A DNA stretch of 61,055 nucleotides from Spirochaetaceae bacterium (GTDB taxonomy: Bacteria > Spirochaetota > Spirochaetia > DSM-27196 > SLAA01), in assembly GCA_007695055.1 (NCBI GenBank), contig REEM01000222.1, positions 1 through 61,055 on the forward strand, given 5' to 3'. The notes beneath the pieces were generated by a model. That model saw nothing but the letters and a program-made list of their open reading frames with translations, made no database searches and was not told the origin of the DNA. Within the stretch, counting starts at the first letter, position 1; every line of letters begins with the position of its first letter. Positions 17,914 through 25,622 of this stretch are shown here, piece after piece. The position numbers and the translations under genes are program-made.

Positions 17914-19885
17914 CCTCATACTTATAGTACGCAGGCCGGAGGCTTGACAAGCGTAAGGACGCTCGTACGCCCAACACTCGGTTGAGACGTTCCATGAGGT
18001 TCAGATATCGGCGCGATGGCGGTGCCAGAAGGAGGAGTTGCTCACGCCCCACGCTTCGCTCATGAGCCGCCTCGGTAGATGTTTCGAAGGCTATACGGTC
18101 TAACTCTGCTGGGTCGGCATCGAACTCTTCTACCAGGACTGCTCGAGCCTCGGCAGTGAGTGGAAGGTGGTGATGCACAGTCAAGTACCGGGCAATCCGG
18201 TGAACGGCCTCACGCCCCGGAGGCGCAAGTTCCCGCACCAATGACATAGCCCAGCCAATGCGGTATGAGCGCGTGAGGCCGCTCTCAATGGCGCCAAGCG
18301 CCGCGGCGTTTGTACTCTCAATAGCGAACTGAACCGCAGACCTGCTCACATGGAGTTTCTTGTCCAGCACCAGGGCCGACTCCACCGCCAGCTGTTTTGT
18401 CAGCGCATGCTGCGCTTCACGCCGCCGGCCCTCGTCAGGAATGCGCTCGGCAGCCGACATCGACCTATTCCACCGCCGAAAAACTGGTGAAAGAACACGT
18501 GCAACACTTTGCCGCTCACGGACATCAAGAGCAATGGTTCGCTCAATAATCCGAATCCCGTCGCCCTTGTCTTCGGAGCCAAGTAGCCGCAGAGCAAACT
18601 CCTTGCCGTGCCGTCGTCGCGTATTGGAGTACTTTTTTTCAGCGGCAAACAACGCAGTATAGGCCCGATCCACCTGGTGATTTGCTTCATAGAGTGAACG
18701 GTAGAGCTGCATAGTTTGGCGGAAGTGCCTGAGTTCCTGGGCAAGTTGATCACGAAGGTGCTCACGAGCCTTCTTGCTGCTATCCTTACGATGCCACATC
18801 TCGCTACGCCGAGCCATGTCTTCATACAAGGTCTCGATAGCGCTTACAATATTGGAACTCATTTCCTGCACAGACTGGAGCACCGGGATGGCTGCGGCAA
18901 CACGGTGTATTTCCTCGGACTCGTTGAGCAGCTCTACCAGCATGCGCAGACGGCTATTGCGTGCGAACACCGCGCTGCGATACTCACGACGAGCCTTGTC
19001 AAGGTTGAGTGAACTGTCACGAAAAATCTGACCGCCGCTGTAGTGCGGGCTGTAATACGGAAGCACCCTGCCAGCCAACAGTTCGAAGAGCAACACCATT
19101 ATTTCATCTACATCGCTCAGACCCAGAAAGGTAAAGTTGTCGTTCTCACCCGCACTGAGTATCCGCTCGAGAAACCCTTCGGTGCGCATACGACCTGCGG
19201 CTTTGTTGGTGACACGGCCATGAAAGCGGTCATTCAGAAGATCTGCAAGCACAGGGGCGCGCTTCCTGAGATCTTCTAAGGCGGCCTCGAGCTCCGGCAG
19301 CACCTCCAAACGCAGATCCTCTACCCGCGAGTAAAGCCCGCCTCGCCTGTAGACATCTATTCCTTCAACTGCGTCCGATAGCTGTCGACTTTCGGTCAGG
19401 TCATAGACCGCCCGCGCAACGGCGTTCGGAAGTGCGTCGGAGTTTTCAATGACGTGCTTGGCGGCAAGCAGCCTGCGGTTGCTTGGGTCGTAGCCCTCAA
19501 GCAGCTGGTTTCGAGCCGTCATAAGCACGGTTGGGATGTCTCCGAGCGTCTCGGTCAGCAGACGCTCGGCCTCCTCTTTCTCGCCACCACGTACAACATG
19601 GTAGCCAATGCGCATGACCACTGCGAACACACCTGCAATGACGGTGTAAACTGCAAAGTACAAAATGAGGTTGGTCGGTGGCGCGGTGCCATAGCTTATG
19701 TAGTAGCCACCGAAAAGTGCGAAATAGGTGACCGGCCCGGCCGTCCAGGCAAGACCAAGTATGGTTCTACCCCAGGACTCACGCTGAAGAGCATCTGCGA
19801 GTCGGCGCACCAGACCTTTGTCCTCGGGCTCTCTGTCTTGTCCACCGGTGTGCTTGGTACGATGTTGAGATGGGGCGCGATACAT
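17867..19885 (-). CDS. Hypothetical protein, two N-terminal TM helices plus a long helical/coiled-coil soluble region
   Basis: Single ~670-aa ORF; hydrophobic segments at ILGLAWTAGPVTYFALFGGYY and LILYFAVYTVIAGVFAVVM. No family recognised. Start ATG 19885 inferred. Confidence 0.7.
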   Translation of the reverse strand: MYRAPSQHRTKHTGGQDREPEDKGLVRRLADALQRESWGRTILGLAWTAGPVTYFALFGGYYISYGTAPPTNLILYFAVYTVIAGVFAVVMRIGYHVVRGGEKEEAERLLTETLGDIPTVLMTARNQLLEGYDPSNRRLLAAKHVIENSDALPNAVARAVYDLTESRQLSDAVEGIDVYRRGGLYSRVEDLRLEVLPELEAALEDLRKRAPVLADLLNDRFHGRVTNKAAGRMRTEGFLERILSAGENDNFTFLGLSDVDEIMVLLFELLAGRVLPYYSPHYSGGQIFRDSSLNLDKARREYRSAVFARNSRLRMLVELLNESEEIHRVAAAIPVLQSVQEMSSNIVSAIETLYEDMARRSEMWHRKDSSKKAREHLRDQLAQELRHFRQTMQLYRSLYEANHQVDRAYTALFAAEKKYSNTRRRHGKEFALRLLGSEDKGDGIRIIERTIALDVRERQSVARVLSPVFRRWNRSMSAAERIPDEGRRREAQHALTKQLAVESALVLDKKLHVSRSAVQFAIESTNAAALGAIESGLTRSYRIGWAMSLVRELAPPGREAVHRIARYLTVHHHLPLTAEARAVLVEEFDADPAELDRIAFETSTEAAHERSVGREQLLLLAPPSRRYLNLMERLNRVLGVRASLRLSSLRPAYYKYEDAGVQQSAAASTDAS
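17921..17950 (-). promoter_or_regulatory. Putative promoter of argJ (possibly leaderless)
   Basis: Minus strand TTGTCA, 18-nt spacer, TATAAG, then 7 nt to ATG 17913. Confidence 0.4.
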
Positions 19886-19909
19886 GGGCCGAGTATAGTC
19901 ACTCGGCCC
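19886..19909. promoter_or_regulatory. Perfect 9-bp-arm palindrome overlapping a putative -10 element (operator or terminator)
   Basis: GGGCCGAGT-atagtc-ACTCGGCCC; on the minus strand it ends immediately before ATG 19885. Confidence 0.55.
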
Positions 19910-19950
19910 TGTTTTTCGCAAGGCGGCTCTTTTAGCCTGCGCCAGACGTC

Positions 19951-21237
19951 CTAAACCTTGGCGAGCGACTGCTCAAGATCGGCAAGGATGTCGTCAATGT
20001 GCTCAATTCCAACCGAGAGTCTCACCAGACCAGCATCGACATCAGCCTCGGCCTGTTGTGTATCATCCAGTTGCGAGTGAGTCGTACTCGCCGGATGTAT
20101 TGCCAAGGACTTTGCGTCCCCAACGTTTGCCACATGTGAGAAAAGCTCGACCCCATTGATGAACGTTTCGCCCGCGGAACGTCCACCCTTGATCCCGAAC
20201 ACCACCATTCCGCCAAAGCCCTTGGTAAAGTACTTCTTGGCGTGAGCATGAGTCGGGTGCCCTTTCAGCCCCGGATAACGAACCCACTCAACCTTCGGAT
20301 GTTTCTCCAGGTACTCAGCCACCGCGGCGCCGTTCTCAGAGTGGCGTTCCATTCGCAGCCCCAGAGTCTCAATGCCCTGAAGGAAGATCCACGCGTTGTC
20401 GGGAGCAATTGCAGCACCCAGGTTCCGCAAGGGCACCAGTCGCATGCGGAGGATGTAAGCCAAGGGCGAGAGATCTCCCAGATCATGGGCAAAGCGCACA
20501 TCATGATAACTACCGTCAGGTTCGTTGAGGGTGCGGAATTTGGGGTTCTTCCAGTCAAAGCGCCCAGAGTCCACCACAGCACCACCAATACCGGTACCAT
20601 GCCCACCAATCCACTTGGTCAAGGAATACACTGCAATATCTACGCCGTGATCCAAGGGCCGGAAGAGAGCCGGTGTGGTGAAGGTAGCGTCGGCTATGAG
20701 GGGGAGTCCAAAACGATGTGCGACCTCTGCAACCGCCTCAAAGTCAGGAACCGTAAGTCCAGGGTTTCCAATGGTTTCCAGGAATACCGCCCGGGTGCGA
20801 TCATTAATGGCGGCCTCAATGGCGGCCAGATCAGTGGGATCAACAAAGCGCACCGTGATTCCAAACTGCGGTAGGATGTCGTTAAACATGGTATAGGTTC
20901 CACCGTAGAGATGGCTGCTCGAGACAATCTCGTCACCCGTACCGGCTATGTTAATTATGGAATAGAATACCGCTGAGGTACCGGAGGCCAGTGCCAGCGC
21001 AGCCGCCCCACCGTCCAAGGCCGCCAGCCGTTGCTCGAGTACGTCCTGTGTTGGATTATGGAGACGGGTATAGATGTACCCGAGTTCTTTGAGTGCGAAC
21101 AAATTCGCAGCATGCGTGGTGTCGCGAAAGTTATAGGCAGTAGTTCTATGCAGAGCAGGCGCGCGGCTCGGTTCACCACCCGACTCTTTGCTTAATCCCG
21201 CATGAATGGCGAGTGTTTCCAGTTTCTGTGTACTCAT
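19951..21237 (-). CDS. metY: O-acetylhomoserine aminocarboxypropyltransferase / sulfhydrylase
   Basis: ETLAIHAG, IYTRLHNPT, ALALASG, LYGGTY, PLIADAT, YSLTKWIGGHG (PLP Lys), HVANVGDAKSLAIHPASTTH, VRLSVGIEH. Confidence 0.92.
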   Translation of the reverse strand: MSTQKLETLAIHAGLSKESGGEPSRAPALHRTTAYNFRDTTHAANLFALKELGYIYTRLHNPTQDVLEQRLAALDGGAAALALASGTSAVFYSIINIAGTGDEIVSSSHLYGGTYTMFNDILPQFGITVRFVDPTDLAAIEAAINDRTRAVFLETIGNPGLTVPDFEAVAEVAHRFGLPLIADATFTTPALFRPLDHGVDIAVYSLTKWIGGHGTGIGGAVVDSGRFDWKNPKFRTLNEPDGSYHDVRFAHDLGDLSPLAYILRMRLVPLRNLGAAIAPDNAWIFLQGIETLGLRMERHSENGAAVAEYLEKHPKVEWVRYPGLKGHPTHAHAKKYFTKGFGGMVVFGIKGGRSAGETFINGVELFSHVANVGDAKSLAIHPASTTHSQLDDTQQAEADVDAGLVRLSVGIEHIDDILADLEQSLAKV

Positions 21238-21250
21238 GTTTCCTTCCTCC

Positions 21251-22183
21251 TTAGACGTTGTCGAATAACCAGGTGCTCAGATACCGTTCTCCGGTATCAC
21301 AGATAATTGTCACTATGCGTTTGCCAGCATTCTCTGGACGGGCAGCTACCTGAGCCGCTACGTATACATTGGCGCCAGCCGAAATACCCGCGAGAATTCC
21401 TTCCTTTTTGGCTAGCTGGCGCGCCGCCTCTGCCGCGTGCTCAGACTTCACCTGAACGACCTCGTCAATCAAGCTCCGATCCAGCACCTCAGGCACAAAC
21501 CCAGCGCCAATTCCCTGAATGCGATGTGGCCCGGGAGTTCCGCCGGACAATACCGGGGAGTCAGAAGGTTCGACCGCAATAACTTTTATAGCCTCATTAA
21601 GCTGTTTAAGTACACTGCCGACGCCTGTAACCGTTCCCCCGGTGCCCACGCCAGCTACAAAAATATCTATTGTACCATCAAGATCGCGCCAGATCTCCTG
21701 GGCTGTGGTTTGCCGGTGTGCCTCAGGATTAGCAGCATTGGCGAACTGCCGCATAAGAACCGCTCCACTACGCTTGGCTACAATCTCCTCGGCCTGCTCA
21801 ACCGCACCTTTCATGCCCTGGGTACCCGGCGTAAGATTCAACTCGGCACCATATGCCGAAAGCAGCCGCCGCCGCTCAATGCTCATGGTGTCGGGCATGG
21901 TCAGAACGACTTTATACCCCTTCACGGCGCCAATGTAGGCGAGTGCAATGCCGGTGTTACCGCTGGTGGCCTCGACTATAGACCCACCAGGCTTTAACTC
22001 ACCCGACTCCTCAGCTGCCTCAATCATTGCCAGACCTATTCGGTCCTTAACGCTTGCACCCGGATTTCTATTCTCCAGCTTTCCGTAGAGCTCGACACTT
22101 GATGCAGACTGGGGCGCAAAACTACGCAGCTTCACCAATGGAGTTCTTCCAATGAGTTCTGTTACCGACTCAACCGGTTTCAT
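21251..22183 (-). CDS. cysK: Cysteine synthase A
   Basis: LIGRTPLV, KLENRNPGASVKDRIG (PLP Lys), EATSGNTGI, GVGTGGT, HRIQGIGAGF, GISAGA, DTGERYLST. Confidence 0.95.
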   Translation of the reverse strand: MKPVESVTELIGRTPLVKLRSFAPQSASSVELYGKLENRNPGASVKDRIGLAMIEAAEESGELKPGGSIVEATSGNTGIALAYIGAVKGYKVVLTMPDTMSIERRRLLSAYGAELNLTPGTQGMKGAVEQAEEIVAKRSGAVLMRQFANAANPEAHRQTTAQEIWRDLDGTIDIFVAGVGTGGTVTGVGSVLKQLNEAIKVIAVEPSDSPVLSGGTPGPHRIQGIGAGFVPEVLDRSLIDEVVQVKSEHAAEAARQLAKKEGILAGISAGANVYVAAQVAARPENAGKRIVTIICDTGERYLSTWLFDNV

Positions 22184-22365
22184 ACCACCTCCTTAAAGCA
22201 AGGAATATACACTATTAAGCCTATGGGGTATAGGGTGTTTGTTGCATTGGTGGCAAAAATCGGCGGGGGCTACCGCAACTTGCAAGGGAAAGCGATAGCA
22301 ACCTGTCACTTGTTGCGTAGATCGCCATAGCCTCAATCGCGGGCAGTGAGTATAGTTAGGGATAA

Positions 22366-23148
22366 ATGAGCAAAGATCAAACAGCACCGTCTACAGCCGC
22401 TCGAATGTACTCCGACTTTCTATCTCTCATGCAGCGCTATCGGAGTTTTGTTCGATGGCTGTTCAGTCGAGGCTTTCCTTGGAAAGAGACCGCGAGGCAG
22501 TTCTTTCTCGTCTTTGATAGCGCACTTGGTCCAATAATAGCTGGTAGCATTATGCTCAGCCTATTGTTGACCTGGGTAAGCGGATACTACGGCCGCTATC
22601 TGGGCGCGACCCGCTATGTGAGCACCGCCACTGTGGAGGTGATCCTGCGGGCAGGATCGGTCATGCTAACCTCGACCATATACTCAGCCAAGGTGGGGAC
22701 GGCAATGACGGTTGAGATTGGCTCCATGCAGATGACCGGCCAGCTAGATGCCTTAAAGCTCATGGATGTGGAGCCGTTCAAGTATCTCGTTATTCCACGA
22801 GTCGTTGCCTCGCTGCTCGTTTTACCAATATTTGTCGGAATCACGCACGGCATTGCGATCTTTAGCTCGGCGTTCCTGCTCAACTGGTGGTTTGCACTAC
22901 CTATTCCCATATTCATGGACAACGCCTTCATTTTTCTGGACGCCACCGTAATTACCAGCACCATGATCCGCGCTGTGCTGATTGGTTTTTTTGTCTCGCT
23001 CAATGCATGTTGTTTTGGAACATTCTACTGCGAAAGCGCAGCGGATATGGGAGAAACAACCACCAAGGCCTTGGTACTTAATATCTTTGTGGTGTTGGTG
23101 ACGGACCTGTTAGTGAGCGTTGGCCTCCGCCAAGGTGGTTTCCTTTGA
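22366..23148 (+). CDS. mlaE: MlaE family ABC permease (divergent)
   Basis: KVGTAMTVEIGSMQMTGQLDALKLMDVEPFKYLVIPRV matches the MlaE signature; C-terminal MGETTTKALV; followed by MlaF- and MlaD-like genes. Confidence 0.82.
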   Translation: MSKDQTAPSTAARMYSDFLSLMQRYRSFVRWLFSRGFPWKETARQFFLVFDSALGPIIAGSIMLSLLLTWVSGYYGRYLGATRYVSTATVEVILRAGSVMLTSTIYSAKVGTAMTVEIGSMQMTGQLDALKLMDVEPFKYLVIPRVVASLLVLPIFVGITHGIAIFSSAFLLNWWFALPIPIFMDNAFIFLDATVITSTMIRAVLIGFFVSLNACCFGTFYCESAADMGETTTKALVLNIFVVLVTDLLVSVGLRQGGFL

Positions 23149-23903
23149 TTAGGTGTGGCAATGTCCATATGAGATTCCGGGACAAGCGAGTTCTCAACGG
23201 GCTCGATATAGTCATTGAGGACAACAAGGCTACGGTGATCATGGGCCGTAGCGGCATTGGCAAGTCGGTGCTCCTCAAATGCATCTGTGGCCTCTTAGCG
23301 CCGCACAAAGGCGTTATAGACATTGACGGACATAACATTGTTACTGCCTCGCCACGTCAAGCTAAGGTCATTCGCTCGGCAATTGGTATGTTACTCCAGG
23401 AGGGGGCCTTGTTCGACGGCATGACTGTGTACGAAAATATTGCGTTTCCGCTAACCTATCATCGTAAACACAGCCCTGCAGAGATTGACCGCGAGGTACG
23501 CCGCTATGCCGATATCGTCGAGATGACACCCTTTCTTGATGTGGTTCCCAGGGAGCTCTCCGGCGGCATGAAACGCAAGGCCGCTATCGCTCGCTGCATG
23601 ATAACCCAACCCAGGTATCTTTTTTACGATGAACCCACCACCGGCCTTGACCCAATTAGTGCTGGCACGGTGGATACAATGATTAAGAAACTCAGCGACA
23701 CGGTAAAGATTACATCGCTCATTGTTACCCATGACGTCGACCTGGCCCTATTTGCTGGTGACACGGTCGCGCTAATTGAGGATGGCCGGATAAGCGCAAT
23801 AGAAGCGCGAGCCGAGTTCAAGCGGCCTGAATCTGAACTGCGAACACGCTTTATTGAACAACGTGAGATTCTGCACGAGGAGTACCATGCGAACAGGAAG
23901 TAA
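23145..23903 (+). CDS. mlaF: MlaF family ABC ATPase
   Basis: GRSGIGKSVLLKC, LLQEGALFDGMTVYENIAFPL, LSGGMKRKAAIAR, FYDEPTTGLDPI, VTHD. Confidence 0.88.
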   Translation: MIRCGNVHMRFRDKRVLNGLDIVIEDNKATVIMGRSGIGKSVLLKCICGLLAPHKGVIDIDGHNIVTASPRQAKVIRSAIGMLLQEGALFDGMTVYENIAFPLTYHRKHSPAEIDREVRRYADIVEMTPFLDVVPRELSGGMKRKAAIARCMITQPRYLFYDEPTTGLDPISAGTVDTMIKKLSDTVKITSLIVTHDVDLALFAGDTVALIEDGRISAIEARAEFKRPESELRTRFIEQREILHEEYHANRK

Positions 23904-24690
23904 GACACGAGCCGCCATCTTCACGCTTATCTCGGCCGCAATTCTGGTGACACTGTATTCCATTGCCTTGAACTTTGTTTTTAGCGCCGGACCAAGCTAC
24001 GAGGTAGAGTTCAATCATGCCGGTACTATTAGCCGAGGCACCGTGGTAAGCAAACTGGGAATCAAAATTGGCTCGGTCGTCAGCCTTGAGATTAATCCCA
24101 AAACCCAAACGAGCGTACTTGTAGGCATCCGACTTGACCGCAACCTCTATCTGCGTGAAGACGAGAACTTTGCGATTCTGACGCGTGGAATGTTTGGTGA
24201 CCAGACTGTGGAAGTATATCCCGGCTCCGGTTCTGCCCCAATTGCCGAGCCCGGCACTCGGTTTCAGGGTGAGCCAACAATTGACCTATCCTCTATCATG
24301 GCGGATGGTGGCCGGGCGGTTCGAAATGTGAGTGAGACCTCGGAACTTCTGAATGAGCTCTTGAAACGCAACTCCGACATGGTTGAGCAAGTTGTTGCAA
24401 ATCTCAGCTCGGCAAGCGCCCGAGCAGATGCGCTATTGAATAATCTTGACGATATGGTCGGTGAAGGCGAGATTGCGGCAACAATAGCAACTATTCAGCA
24501 GGCAGCTCTTGAGGTTGCTATGCTTGGAGCTCGTCTAAGCGACGACGGGTCGACCCTTGCTCGGCTTCAGGACCATACAACTGGAGATCGGATCGAGGAG
24601 ATTCTTGCCAACTTGGTGGAATTGTCGGATAATTTACGTATTGCCTCCGAAGGAATACGACTGGTATTCGAGGAGATAGAAGACGAGTAA
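23887..24690 (+). CDS. mlaD: MCE/MlaD family protein
   Basis: Start re-called at ATG 23887. N-terminal TM, MCE domain (GTVVSKLGIKIGSVVSL...ILTRGMFGDQTVEVYPG), C-terminal helical region. Confidence 0.82.
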   Translation: MRTGSKTRAAIFTLISAAILVTLYSIALNFVFSAGPSYEVEFNHAGTISRGTVVSKLGIKIGSVVSLEINPKTQTSVLVGIRLDRNLYLREDENFAILTRGMFGDQTVEVYPGSGSAPIAEPGTRFQGEPTIDLSSIMADGGRAVRNVSETSELLNELLKRNSDMVEQVVANLSSASARADALLNNLDDMVGEGEIAATIATIQQAALEVAMLGARLSDDGSTLARLQDHTTGDRIEEILANLVELSDNLRIASEGIRLVFEEIEDE

Positions 24691-24753
24691 GTGATGCGTG
24701 CGTCGGGAACGGTCTTTGCCCGGTTCGCGTACAGCACTAAACTGGAGGTTGTG

Positions 24754-25545
24754 ATGGAAGAACAGGAACAGCATCCGTTATTCTTTGGTGCACGTGGGCT
24801 TCATGGCTACAAGTTACAGGCCTCCGACGGAGAGATCGGCCATGTAGAAGATCTGTACTTTGACGAAGATCGCTGGGGCGTCCGGTACCTGGTAGTCCGC
24901 ACAGGCCCTTGGCTCTTTGGGCGCTCCGTGCTCATTACTCCGCTTGCAATTACCGGGGTGTATCCAGAAAGCAAATGCGTTGCAGTCTCGCTAACCAAGG
25001 AGCAGGTCAAAAACAGTCCTGACACAGACACCGACCGCCCGATTTCCCGCCAAATTGAAAACGAGCTATTTATCTATTACGACTTCCCGGTTTACTGGGG
25101 TGGCGCTGGCCTCTGGGGCGCTCATTCTACCCCAACCGGCGCTCTTGCTGAGCACGGTGACGAGGGGATTGGCAAGGGCGATGTGGAACCAGAGAACGAG
25201 AGCAAACTCCGAAGTTGCAACGAAGTAACCGGCTACCATGTCAATGCAGTCGATGGCGAGGTTGGCAAGGTTCGGGATTTCTGGTTCGAATGCGAAACAT
25301 GGCGGGTTCGATATTTGCAAATAGAACTCACCAAGACCGAGAAATCCAAACAGATACTGGCATCAACAAAGAGTGTAGACCAGGTGGTGTGGGCGGCATC
25401 TAGTGTGCAGATGAATCATGGCACCGAGAAATTCCGTTTTGCCCCAACCTACAAACCCGGTTCGGCCATTACACGTGATCTTGAACACGATATTTGCAAC
25501 CACTTTGAGCTGCACCGGTACTGGGAACGTCCACCAGAGCTCTAA
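24754..25545 (+). CDS. Tandem PRC-barrel domain protein
   Basis: GGAGG RBS. Two repeats, GYKLQASDGEIGHVEDLYFDEDRWGVRYLVV and GYHVNAVDGEVGKVRDFWFECETWRVRYLQI. Confidence 0.82.
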   Translation: MEEQEQHPLFFGARGLHGYKLQASDGEIGHVEDLYFDEDRWGVRYLVVRTGPWLFGRSVLITPLAITGVYPESKCVAVSLTKEQVKNSPDTDTDRPISRQIENELFIYYDFPVYWGGAGLWGAHSTPTGALAEHGDEGIGKGDVEPENESKLRSCNEVTGYHVNAVDGEVGKVRDFWFECETWRVRYLQIELTKTEKSKQILASTKSVDQVVWAASSVQMNHGTEKFRFAPTYKPGSAITRDLEHDICNHFELHRYWERPPEL

Positions 25546-25576
25546 GCTCACCGTCATCTCGGTCCAATGAACTTTG

Positions 25577-25610
25577 CCCGGTCACCACAAACACCCGGTC
25601 ACCACAAACA
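25577..25610 (+). repeat. Perfect 17-bp tandem duplication upstream of the M16 protease RBS
   Basis: cccggtcaccacaaaca at 25577-25593 and 25594-25610. Confidence 0.9.
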
Positions 25611-25622
25611 ATAGAGGTTTCC

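Noticed and set aside
22184-22365. Possible SAM riboswitch or T-box upstream of cysK-metY
   Set aside because: No ATCxAGAG/kink-turn core and no T-box AAGGGTGGxACCGCG-type motif recognised.
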